64,000 bases of DNA, taken from positions 687,453 through 751,452 of the forward strand of contig NW_003314294.1 of the NCBI RefSeq assembly GCF_000143415.4, written 5' to 3'. Position numbers and translations under genes: made by a program. The stretch's first letter is position 1. Each line of letters opens with the position of its first letter. This document shows, piece after piece, positions 52,700 through 64,000 of the stretch. Under the pieces are notes generated by a model. The model did not search any database. It saw only the letters and a program-made list of their open reading frames with translations, and had not been told where the DNA came from. This DNA comes from Selaginella moellendorffii (taxonomy: Eukaryota > Plantae > Lycopodiophyta).

Positions 52700-55600
52700 T
52701 GTTTTTCTTTTTCAAAACTTTGTTTTGGTCCCAATCGTTGCTGCTGTTGGTATAGCGGAGATCCCTGTGATTTAGAGTTACTTGCCATGATAGGAAGACA
52801 AGAATTACGGGAATGTATGGGTAAACCTCTCTTTTTTCTAGATGCACGCTAAGTTTTTCTCTGTTTCTTTCTTTTGTAGAACGCTGATCAACACGAGATT
52901 GAGCGGTAGCTTGCCGGAATCTAACAGGCCTCCAGCTCTTGTAAATTTCATTTAGATCGAAGCCTGATAGCCTCAAGTATCTTTGGATATACAAAATCAA
53001 GTAACTGGTAATTGTGCTAGGAATCTGCAAACCTGTGGTTTCAACGGGAGTATTCTCTTATTTCTGTAAGTCAAGATATTCCCATTGTTTCCTTTTGGTG
53101 TCTAAACAGATCTGCGAACTTATGTTTCTAGAGCTTTGAACGGAAACTTTCTGGATGGAAGGATTCCCCCAACTGTTGGCGAGCTCCCAGTGATCTCGTT
53201 TGACGGCACGGGCTTTGACAACATGACAGTATTAAGACACATGTACGACTTTTGCGACGACTGCGTACCATATGGCTTAATTGTTTTTCTCCAGGCATCT
53301 CAACAACAACAATCTTTCCGGTGCGATTCCGACTGCGCTGTCTACGACACCAAAACTATTTCACCTGTACATCTTTATTAGATTTTGCGAGTCGCCACTG
53401 CTCATGATATCTGTTCTCTTCGCCTTCGTGACAGACTGCTGGAAAAAAACAACTTTCCAGGAGCCATACCTCCAGAAATCGGCAGCTTGCTACAGCTGAG
53501 AATCTTGTGAGAGTTCTCTCTTTTTCTTTCTTTAGAGTTGATTGAGCTGCAGATTCTAACTTTTGTAAACTGACAACAACAGGAGACGCGATAATAATAA
53601 ACTTGAGGGCCCCCGTACCTGAAACCACCAGTCGCCTGGCTTTCCTCGAGCTGTATGATGATTGTCTTACGCTAACTGATGAATATCTGCAGACATTTGA
53701 CCATTACTCTACTTGTTGGGAACTTGCCAGACTTCTGCTTTGCAAAATCTACAGCTCATGTGAGTTGCTCTTGGTTTTTCTTCTAATAGGCCTCTGATAC
53801 CAACGATCAGGTTAATCAATAGTTTTCCAAGGGAAACCTTGTCAGACAGATTCCAACGGGGCTCTCCTGCCTTGAGGCGCCGTAAAAGTTTCAAAGACAA
53901 GAATGTTTCCTTGTGACTCTAACCTGCAGGTTTCTGGAGAACCGCTTGAATGGTGGCATCGGCCGCGAGTGATTGGAACTGGTTTCGGTGGAAGAATCTG
54001 TGCCAATCACAGACGGTCAGGTAAGAGTATGGATACGCACAAACTTTTTTCGTAAGTGGCCTTTGGCTGAGATACTACTCTTGTACATGTCTTACAGGAA
54101 GTTCTGTTTGCAACGACAACAATCCTGACAAGTTTGTGAGAGTGATAGAATATAGAAACCTTCAATCGGTGCGGTATAACGAGAAAACTTTGCTACCAGC
54201 TTCTTTGCCGAGAAGAATGAAGTGGTAAAGTCTATTCTGCATATCAGTGGATATGCGCTATACAATTCATCACTCCATTCTTCTTAGACAGGGTTGACAA
54301 CGATACGGGGCAACATTCCTCGGCACTTCACACTACTCTGGGCGACTTATAGCTTCGTCATGACGAACGCAAACCATCCATAAACAGGTCCTTTTCTTCT
54401 TCGTTTTTTTGTTTTCGTCCTGGAATGCTAGTGTTCTTTTCTTTATTTTCCTCAGGTGATAGCCAAACAAACAAGTTTATGTTTGTTGCACTCTCTGCAT
54501 CTACGTCGGAGTTTCAGTTGCGATAGCGGGTCTCTGTATCTTTTTTCTCGTTATGAACAGAAAGCGGACGAGGAGCCCATGGTGAAAGCTGACTTTCTCA
54601 TTTTTCTTTTTCTCCTTTGGTTTCAGCAGCTTTGGGAAGATTTCTCCCAAGTTCAAAGGTGGCTTAAGAAACTTCTCCAGCCACCACTTGATTGGTGTCG
54701 GTGGCGATAGCAAGGTACGGAGCCTTCCTTCTCTTACAAAATGCGTGGAGTGGGAGTTGAATTAAAAAAGGAGAAAAATGGGTTACAGGTATACAAAGGA
54801 CAGCTGCACACAGGATCAGAAGTTGTGGCAATCAAGCGAGCCCAGAAAGAATATCTACAAGGCGTCGAAGAATTCCGACCTGAGATCGAGCTGTTTTCAC
54901 GCTTGCACCACAAGAATCTGGTGAACCTCATCGGCTTTTGTACAGATGATGGAGAACAGATGCTCGCGTACCGGACTTTTAAGAGACCATCTCTAGGGTA
55001 AGTGCTGCTTCTCTTCACTTTGCATTTCTTGGTTGGGAATAAGTTGTATAGACTGACAAGACAGCCTCTAATGCTGCAGAGCAAGCTCTCAACTGAAAGA
55101 CACGTTTCTCCATCGCACTTGGCTCTGCAAAAGGGAAATACCTTCACGAGCTGGCGGATCCTCGCATTATCCACTGAAACATCAAATCCTCCAACATTTT
55201 ACTGGACAAGAACTTGGTGGCCAAAGTCGCGGGCTTGGGCCGCTCAAAGCTGGCGCCAACTTGTAGCGACAAGACATATACCAGTATCCAAGTGAAGAAA
55301 CTCTGGTATGTCTACTTTTCTACATCTATCAGCAAAGAGCGATGTCTACAGCTTTGGAGTGGTGCTCATCAAGAAGCAGCCGATTGTTCATCGTGAAGGA
55401 GATCAAGGAGTCGCTCCCCTGGGGTGGTGTTGCCTTGCTGCTCTCTTTCATGGACAATCCGGCTGTGCATGGAAGATTCTGACCACAAGATGAGAGCTTG
55501 AGGAGATGATCAAGCTGCAAGAGGTGCATGGCTGATCACGAACAGAACTGTGACAGTGACGGGAACGAGGCAGCCGAATAGAGCAGCTTCAACGTTGGTC

Positions 55601-55710
55601 TTGAATCTGAAGTGTTCAGCGATGAGCTCCCAAGCTTTCGCTTTTACGGCAGCTGAGGAGGGAAAAAGGCGAGCCGGATTGGACCACCGGTGTACAGTGG
55701 AGGATTAAAA
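52700..55710 (+). pseudogene. Near full-length LRR-VIII-1 RLK pseudogene (inverted paralog of 22742-26786), introns retained
   Basis: [44 protein letters not shown] and [24 protein letters not shown]; many deletions and frameshifts. Confidence 0.88.
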
Positions 55711-57177
55711 CGGGGAGGAGGAGATATCGCGACAGTGGAGAAGAATAAAATACTCGAGGAGAAGAAGATCATCACCGTCACCAAGCTGGCTTGCTGAGGA
55801 GAGATTTGGGAAGAACTTCCAAGCGACTGGTGCGGATTCCTTTCATCTTTAGGATGGTACACTACTGCAAAATGCCAGTGTGAGGTCAGTACTCTTCAAA
55901 CTTTCCTTTTTTCTTCTTCCGCGATGGAGAGCTACTTCTAATCATGTAGAGAGGTCTGGTTGCAGGCAGGAGGCTGGCGCCAAGCATCGTGCTCCTGGCT
56001 GCGAGCGTGAACCACAAAGAAAACGAAAAAAGAAAGTATAGAAAACAGGAAGAAAGATCCAACACTATGGCCCGGAAGGGAAAATATCACCAGCTTTGGT
56101 GCGTCGGCTGGAATGACATCATGCACGAGCTCGTTTGGCGACGTCACGTACTCGCCGGGAAGAGATGGGAGCGATGAAAAGATCGGCTGCGAGCTTTGTC
56201 TCCAAAGGACGAGCGAGAGAGAGACGAGAGAACTGCGGCTCCATCTTTTCATCAATGCGAGACCGAAAAGAAAGAAAGGATTGGAAGATGGATCACTCCA
56301 ACCTTGAGACACTGAACTGGACGAGCAGGGAAAGGAGAGCTTGACAATGCTGTGATGCACATCCTGGGAGTTTGCTTTTGTTGGATCTAGCAAAGTTTCG
56401 AAGTTTGCGTTGCGGATAGAAACTCTTTGATCCATCTCGCTCGTCGCAATCAGTACATGACTCAACTGCTACTTGATGGTTCCTTTTTTTTTCCTTCGCG
56501 CTCTCTAGCGTGATCGTATGCCCATCATTTGAGCTGTTAGCTAGCTGCTTGCTGCTCATCTGTCAAGCTATCACTCCAAAATAAAAAATCTCTAAAAAAA
56601 TTAAAATATCGTGAAGAATCAAGGGAAAAGTTCCAAGAAAAAAAGGGACTCTGATATTTCTTATCTTTTTTTCCTACTTTTTTTCTTCTTCTACTATAGC
56701 ACCGAGAGAAAGAAGTACTTAAGCTCTTAACGCACGCTTAAGAAGGTAGAAAAAAAGTAATAAAGTAGCAAGCAAGAGGTACTTCTATAAGCGATCCTTC
56801 CTTTCCAGCAAATTTCCAGAGCTTGTGTAGCTACGATTGTGATGGAAGCTTGCTCTCCAGATATATGTGTTTATGGAAGAGAGCTTTTGATATACCATCT
56901 TGCTCGATCTCTTCTCTCTGTCAAACAAAGCTGGAGGAAAAGCCCAGTTTTGATCTTCGATCCCTCGTCCAGATCGAGGAAGAACCAAGCCTGACGATCG
57001 AATCTGTAAGTGAGCTTTAGTGTCTTTGCTCCTCTCCAGCCAGCCAAGTAAAGAAAAATATAAAAAGCAGCCATAAACTTCGCCTCGTTGTCCATCCACC
57101 CTGTTCTAGCTATGGATGATGATTTAGTGTTGCATTGGATCTCTTCGTTATCTTCTCTTGTTTTTTGTCTCGAACCG

Positions 57178-59797
57178 TCAGTGCTTTGGAGGCCCTGTCT
57201 TGTTGGGAGGGCACTGGTAGCACTTTGCGAAGAGGCCGAAAGTATCAATCTGGTGGACGAAGTTCGTCACGCTCGCCCAGCCTCCAAATCCCACTCCAAT
57301 CACCGCAATCCACACCACGATGAAGAAGTTTACCAGGTATACCAGCGTCCAGCTCGGGAGAAAAAATGGTGGCTTCTCGACAGAATTCTGGCAAGCCAAA
57401 ACAAAAAACGTGTTAGCAACAGCACAATCTCACGAAGATCTAGAGAAACAAGCAGATCTTTGGCACTCGAAAAAGCAAAGGAGATGAGAAGTGAGAAGAA
57501 AAAGTGTTAGCTCTCACGAAAATCTAGAGAAACAAGCAAGAAAAATAATCTCATCTCCGGCACTCAAAAGGAAACGAGGAGTGGAAGAACTTCCAGAAAA
57601 ACGAGATTTTGCGAGAAACTTACCGCCCTGGCGAAGGCTGTTCTATACGTGATCATGTGTGCGAGCGAGGGGATGATATAGACAGTGAAGGTGACGAGGA
57701 GCGCCCCGACCGCGGAGTTGATTGGGCCGAAGAATGGAAAGATGATGGCCAAAAACCAAATGGGGAGCACCACGGGGACTCTGGCCAGCGCTCGCACGGG
57801 GAGATTGGCCGTCTTGTGAATGCCCAGAATCTTCTCCCACACGATGTACAGCGGCGTGCATGCGAATCCAAACGTGATGAACTGTTTTCCATCGCGAGAA
57901 TCGAGGAATCAGAAGAAAGAAAAACTTGGCAAACTTTCCTCTTTCTTTCTTCTCGGGAAGAAGAAGAAGAAGAAGTAAAGAAGAGCTCGAGGAAAGAAAA
58001 AAGCTTGCCTGATGGATGAGCATGAGAACGACGGCGATGTCACGGAAGGCGTTCTTGGGAAGAAGAGCAAGCGCGTTGGATTTCGTCAAGAGATTGTCAC
58101 CGAAAGCCCAGTAGACTGCCGTGGCGGACGGGAGTGTCAAGGTGAAGACGTAGATGGTAGCGACGAGATAGACCCACTTGAACTTTTGGGGCTTCCACAT
58201 CGCGTGCATGATCTCCCTGGGAAGATCAAAGTTTATGAGAAAAGATGACAACATAGCCTATCGATCCATGCAAGAACAGCGAAAGAAGCGAAAGCTTACA
58301 CAGTCACCGCATGGCCTCCAAATGTATAGAGTATGTTTGTGGCTCCAGTGAAGTAGAGCACCAGTTTGCTCGCTCCAGTGTGCTTGACATTGTCCGCCTA
58401 TGGCAGGAGTTCCAAGAGATTAGCAAAGATCGAAAGAGCTCTCGTGATAGTGACAGAGCTCACGAAACTATACTCGCCCCCCTCCCTCCACTCACACTTC
58501 CGTGTTGTGGGGAGAAAGGAGAGAACGAATAGCGCGAGAGAGAGGAAGACAAGACAAAGTGGGAATTTGGGAGATTTTTCTTTGTTCTTCTTCTCTACCT
58601 GGCCGTGGACGATCGCAGCGATGGTCATGTACCAGGCCGTGTAAGTGGTCATCCCCAAGCCGAGGAAGGACCACACTCGATAGTTGTGAAAAGACGGGAT
58701 GAGCACTGTTGTCATGCAGCAAGCACCGAAGATATATGTCCATGTCCGCTTGGACAAAGAATCGTTGATGTAATAGATGTTGCTGCAAGAGAAAACAAGC
58801 GAGCCCAAGAGCTTCAAATCAGAAACAGTCCTTTGAAAGGGAACTTAGAAGAGGATACATCCCACAAACACCAGATGCCGCAGCAAGGCATTTGCTGGGA
58901 TATCGACGTACCTCGCACAGGCGATGAGCTGAATCACGGAGCCAAAGAGCAAGAAGGTGCAGTTAAAACCGAATCCTATCGCTTTCCAGTAAGGCCCGAG
59001 CAAGCCATCCAAGACCTCGAACCACTGCAACAAGAGAAACCATCGCTCGCGACTCAAGAACACCAAAGATGGAAAAGATGGAAAAGATGGAGAAAGATCG
59101 ATCTTTGCTTCTTGCTTCTTACCTGGATGATGTGGTTCTTGAAGCTCACATTCTCCTTCTCCTTGCGATTGCGGTACTCGACGTAGAGCCAACTGATGAG
59201 ATAGGCGGTCCAGGCCCCGAGCAGGCCATAGAAGATCTGGAAGACAATGCCCGACGCGAATCCCAGCTGCGAGAAGGAGTATGGCAGCGTGAGCAGCACT
59301 TGAGCCACCTGGAAATCACCACAGAAGAAACCGTGAGGCGAAGATCACAAGCACAACAACGAAGAAGAGGAAGAAAAAAAAAAGTCCCAAAACTCTGTTT
59401 GTCCTCACACAGGGCAATCAATCAATCAATCAAGCCGAGGACTTTGCCAGCACGCAACGATGGCTGTTCTTGCTGGCTATGGCCGCCAGGGAGGAGAGAA
59501 AATATCACGCCCACTCTTGTCTTCCTCCACCAAATCCATGGCGGACGCATTAAATGAGGAAGAGAGGATGTAAGATCGAAGAGGAGAGATTTCTAGAGCA
59601 ATGCATTGGATCGATCTATCCACCTGATTGGAAGCGCAGCTAAACCAGGCATCGTAGACGCTGCCCCCGTGCCAAAAGAGAGCTTTGATTCCCTGGACTC
59701 TGTTCTGGTTGTTCTCCACGAGACCATCTTGCTCCTTTCGATCCAACTCCATCTCGGTGTAGTTGCCTACCATCTCTTCCTTGCCTTCCACCACCAT
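57178..59797 (-). CDS. LAX: AUX1/LAX family auxin influx carrier, 8 coding exons
   Basis: WHGGSVYDAWFSCASNQVAQVLLTLPYSFSQLG, WFEVLDGLLG, FHNYRVWSFLGLGMTTYTAWY, TNILYTFGGHAVT, EIMHAMWKPQKFK and DTFGLFAKCYQC; intron 58008-57882 is GC-AG. Confidence 0.97.
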
Positions 59798-61261
59798 GGC
59801 TCCAACTCGCGCGAAGAAGATCCAACGAAACAAATGTAGCTCTGTTCTTGGAAGAAGAAGACCAATGTGGGCTCGAGATCGCGGCTCCAAGGCGAGAATT
59901 TGGCGACTTGGGCTGGCAGGAATGCGTGGCGAGAGGCGAAATCCGGGGCCTCGGCGTGAGATTGGGAGCGATCCACACGATTCACAAGCTGTGCTTGGAG
60001 TGTCTGTGTAGTGTGGAGCAGCGAAAAGATGGAGAGAATGGAGAAAAAGGGGGGATGGAATCAAGAGAGAGTAGGAAGAGGGGCCGCACAGGCAATACCA
60101 TCATAGCGCACTACTACAACCATCTCTCCTCTTCTTCTTCTTCTCTCCCTTTTGCGGCGAGAATCTTTCCCTCTTTTCTCCCTCCCCTGCGCGAGGAAAG
60201 CAAGAAAGAATGAATGCTCTGTTTTCTGGGAGAGGAGGGGAGATAAATCGATCGCGATTGGAATGCGAGTGGATCCGGAGCACGAGAGATCGGGAAGCGA
60301 GGTGGAAGCAAGCCCGTAAAAGCTGGGAGTCGCGAAAAACTGGCAAGCAATTCGTGGAATGGATGGAAGAATTGATCGAAGCTTTCGCTCTCAATGTTCT
60401 TCCATGGGAGGAGATATGGATGACGAGAAAAGAGAGAATGGAGAGCCCTTTCCCTCCTCTTCCTCTTCTTCTTCTCCTTTCTTCTTTCTCTCTGCACAGA
60501 TGCCTAGGCGATGGATTTATTTGCACAAACTCTCTCCTCCTCCTGTCTAGCTATGGATTACAAAACAAAGAGAGAAATAAGGACACCGCCCCTGCCAGGG
60601 ACCCAGTGTGAACGCACTTAGGGCAAACCCACACTTACCACCTTTTCTTCCTTGATTAGGGCACCCCCATTAGTGACTAACCCTCCCCCCGTTTTCGTTT
60701 TTCGTTGGTTGGTTTGCCTTCTCTCGTGCCGAGGTGGGGGCATTCATTGCAATACCCAAAGTTTGCCCCACACGAGCGTGCCATTTAATATAAAGGAGAA
60801 AGCTCCCATTCTTCTTCTTCTTCTTCCTTTATTTAATTTCTATTTCCGCTAAAATAATATTGTTTTCTATATATCTCTTCACATACGCATACATAGCCAT
60901 TCATACGCCATGCATTAAAAAAACAAAACAGAAAAATTGATTAAAAAACATTGAAATAGGGTGAGGTGTGAACGAGGTATCTGGAATCTACTGGAATCCG
61001 ACAAGCTTTCATCCAAGTGCCAAGGAGGCCAGTCATTGCCCATATCCCCTGCATTGGCATTTGCTGCTACTTGACAGAGGCATGCCACCACCACCGCCCT
61101 TTCCCCTTCTTTCTTGGCATGCCATCTTTTCTGTGTGCCAGGCATCATACTAATCAATTAGAAATCTAAAAACACATTAATATCAATAATCAATACTATA
61201 CTCATACACTATTCTATCCTGTTATCGATAATTTTTCTAATGTTTGTTCGTATCTATACGC

Positions 61262-61279
61262 CCGACAAGCTAGCCGACA
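61262..61279 (-). promoter_or_regulatory. Paired TGTCGG auxin-response elements upstream of LAX
   Basis: CCGACA-AGCTAG-CCGACA (direct repeat, 6-nt spacer); another CCGACA at about 60998. Confidence 0.35.
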
Positions 61280-62484
61280 AAAGCGACGATTCCAACAACA
61301 AATGCCCACGCTGGGTAAATTTGCTGACCACCTTTTTTACCCTCTCAAGTAACGCACAGAAGGGAAGAGGCACTTTTTTTTTTCACTTTTGGGGCCTTCC
61401 TTGCGGCAGTCGCATTGTAAGAGCTCTGGGTGTGTGTTGCGTTTGTGGATGGCCACTCACCGCGCGGGTGTACGGCACCCAGTGATCGCGGGGTACGGAC
61501 CCCACATCGTACGCGCTCATACGGTGCTTAGCTTTGGGATCTTAGTTAGATCTGGCGGTCAACGCAACACAAACGATGCGATGCCACGGCCGGATTTGGC
61601 AGACCACCTCCATTTCGTCCTTTCGCCAAACTTGTCAGCGAGGAGTGTGTTCCTACATATGCGTTTACACTACCGTATATGCGTACGCCATCGTCAAGCG
61701 TATGTGTGGACCGCATGACGCCATGCCAGGATTCCCCACATGGAAAGGAAAGATTCCCGTCGGAGAATAATGTGTGCGATGGGGATGACCTAGTCATATA
61801 TACCAATGTTCTCCGTACTTGGTCACGTACAGTGTGATTTATATACTTGGTTCGTGGTGATTGATGTAGCTTAAACTCCAAGCGTGCTGGAATTGAATTG
61901 TTGTTTTGTTCAGGTGCCTTTGATCCCACGGAACTGGAGACTGGATCGAGGACACACGGGCAAAGTTATCATGGTCTTTGCCAAGCGTGGGCATTTGCCT
62001 AGATAACGGCAAATTAAATGGCTTGATCGAGCAAACTTGGGGGCAAACTTGACGTAGTTAAGTGACGATCAAGCTGCTGCTGCTGCTGCTGCTGAAGTTA
62101 AAAAAATCCGCGGAACGAGATTCCTTGACCAATCTAAGTTTCTAAGAATGGAAATTGGAAGGGGTTGATTGACCAAGTTTAAGCAAATGCAGGGTGGCGA
62201 GAAAAATATAACTGATCCCGTGTGGATCCGCTGTAGATTCTTGAAGCTTTCAAACTTATCCTCGCCTCAATCAATCATCACAATCTGGGGCACAGCATGG
62301 GAGGGAGACCTAAACAATGGAAGAAAAAGCGGATTATACAACCCCACCACCCAATCCAAAACGCCACCACCGCAAGCAATCCCACATCATTGGGACCGGA
62401 AAATGCCAAGCGGATGGGATTCGAACCCGGCCTGGCACGCCGAGCAAGCATCCTGACCGTCGGATCTGGACGAGATGGAACCGT

Positions 62485-62595
62485 TGGCATGTCACGTGCG
62501 GGGCTCACGCGCGCATGCGCATGCATCATGGCATGGCTGGCATGCATGCATGGCAGATGTGACACGTGGCATGGATGATGCATGCACACGTCATT
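62485..62595. promoter_or_regulatory. Dense cluster of G-box/ABRE (CACGTG, ACACGT) and RY (CATGCA) motifs
   Basis: TCACGTGC..CACGCGCGCATGCGCATGCATCATGG..GCATGCATGCATGG..GACACGTGGCATGG..ATGCATGCACACGTC. Confidence 0.4.
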
Positions 62596-64000
62596 TTTTA
62601 AAATGTATTTTAGGGTTAGGGCTAACACCGTCAGCTTACTGGTAAAAGTAAATCCTGGTAGGAGTCAAAAGCGAGCACTTGCGGATTGGAATCAATCAAG
62701 AACACTGAGAATTGTCAATGCTTATATCCGCGAAGATTGTTTTGCTTTACAATTGTTTTTCAAAGGGGTGTCAGTACAAGCACAAGTTTCATTGCGAATG
62801 CAGTGAACAAAACCCCTCCTCCGCTGCTAAAGTTCTATCCTCCACTCAAAGGGGGCGGGCCAAAGCTTCCATTGATTCACATTTGCCCTTTCATTTGGGC
62901 GTGATTGGACTACATTCCTTGCTCCAAATGAGAACCATGTCACGGACATTCTCGCCTAGAGATCTCTACACCGCCCCTCCCCAGGAATCTTTGGGGCATC
63001 TCAAGAAATCAAAACCTGGTGGTGGATTTGGAAGCCAGCAGCACACCACACAATAGAGCACCACCACATTTGTACCAAAGCAATCAACAAGCACAGGAGG
63101 AGGAAAAATTGCCACCTTTTGCAATATATCTTGTTTCTTGGGGCCTTGTGTGAAACCGTTTGGGCTGCCAACTTGCTCTTTTATGATCAAGAAATGTTGA
63201 GCTTGTGGATGTTGTTGTACAGCTGGAAATAAGAGTGTCATAAGTGGGTGTAGATCCCTCCATTGTTTCAGATGAAAATTGCAGCTTGGATTGTTGGAGG
63301 AGAGTTTTCAGCCCCACATGAGAGAGGGGCTTGAATCTTTTCAAGTTTTTCAAATATACATGCTAGTTTTTGAAAATAAAGAAAAAAGAGTAAATGTAAG
63401 GAATATGGTGAAAGACACCTTTCACTCATTAAAATTTCTATCTTTTGAGGCCCAGTGTGTGATTGTAAAAGAAGAGAGAAATGAAAAGGAAGAGATTGGG
63501 GTGTGGCATGCTTTTGTTTGTTTTTTCAGTGGGATGGTCACTTCCAACCAATAGTTGTTGTTTTATGTTATTTATATAGTGGCTTGCACCATAAAAGAAG
63601 TGAGTGTGACCTTGTGTTTTTCCCCACACTGGTGCAAGATTGGAAGAAGCTGCAAAACAAGGAGCTCTCAACAAGAAAAGAGAGATGTTGATAGTAACAA
63701 AGAGCAAACCTGATCAAATTAATATCAAATCAGAGCTTCCTTCGCTTTCACCATAAAGCCCAAGGTACTTAATTCCAATCCTTTTTCTTGTTTCATGGAG
63801 CAAAACAAACATCACGAAACAACAAATCTGGGTTTTGTTTGGACACTTTGGTCTGTTTCACTGGAAAGCAAATGATCATTGTCGCATGCCTGCCTAAGCA
63901 ACAAAACTAAACAAAAACAGGTCTGGCCGGTTTTCATAGTCAATACAGTAATAATAGTAATAATAATAAAAATAAGCACTCAACCAACAAGCTAATGATA

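Noticed and set aside
60050-60560. Several overlapping ORFs upstream of LAX
   Set aside because: GA/CT-rich low-complexity leader or promoter sequence explains the open frames.
62400-62470. tRNA gene
   Set aside because: Only a T-arm/B-box-like motif is present; I could not build a cloverleaf.
62960-63760. Small-peptide gene or miRNA precursor (GAGCTTCCTTC resembles part of miR319*)
   Set aside because: The ORFs match no family I recognise, and no complementary mature miRNA arm is visible.

Overview
Compact land-plant nuclear DNA with short (about 45-70 nt) introns and a PLS-type PPR gene built from 31-aa repeats; this is most consistent with a lycophyte such as Selaginella (inference only). 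1-12.1 kb: a decayed, very A-rich rolling-circle transposon with Rep, PIF1 helicase and a C-terminal APE-like endonuclease (Helentron/HLE2 architecture). A chromodomain Ty3/gypsy element is inserted into it (TSD CATAT) and has been rearranged to LTR-Helentron fragment-gag/pol-LTR. Its pol 3' end carries one clear and one probable host-sized spliceosomal intron. 13-39 kb: a gene island with a USP-domain kinase pseudogene, DUF569, PPR-E+, CYP71-clan P450, LRR-VIII-1 (HPCA1-like) RLK, 11S-globulin-like bicupin, B-lectin kinase pseudogene, a bacterial-type Zn alcohol dehydrogenase with three introns, and an F-box gene with a nonsense codon. Inverted, deletion-collapsed copies of these same genes are interspersed. 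39.7-51.8 kb: heavily mutated gypsy remnants with small insertions. 52.7-55.7 kb: LRR-RLK pseudogene. 57.2-59.8 kb: intact AUX1/LAX auxin importer, followed by its upstream region with AuxRE-like, G-box and RY motifs.
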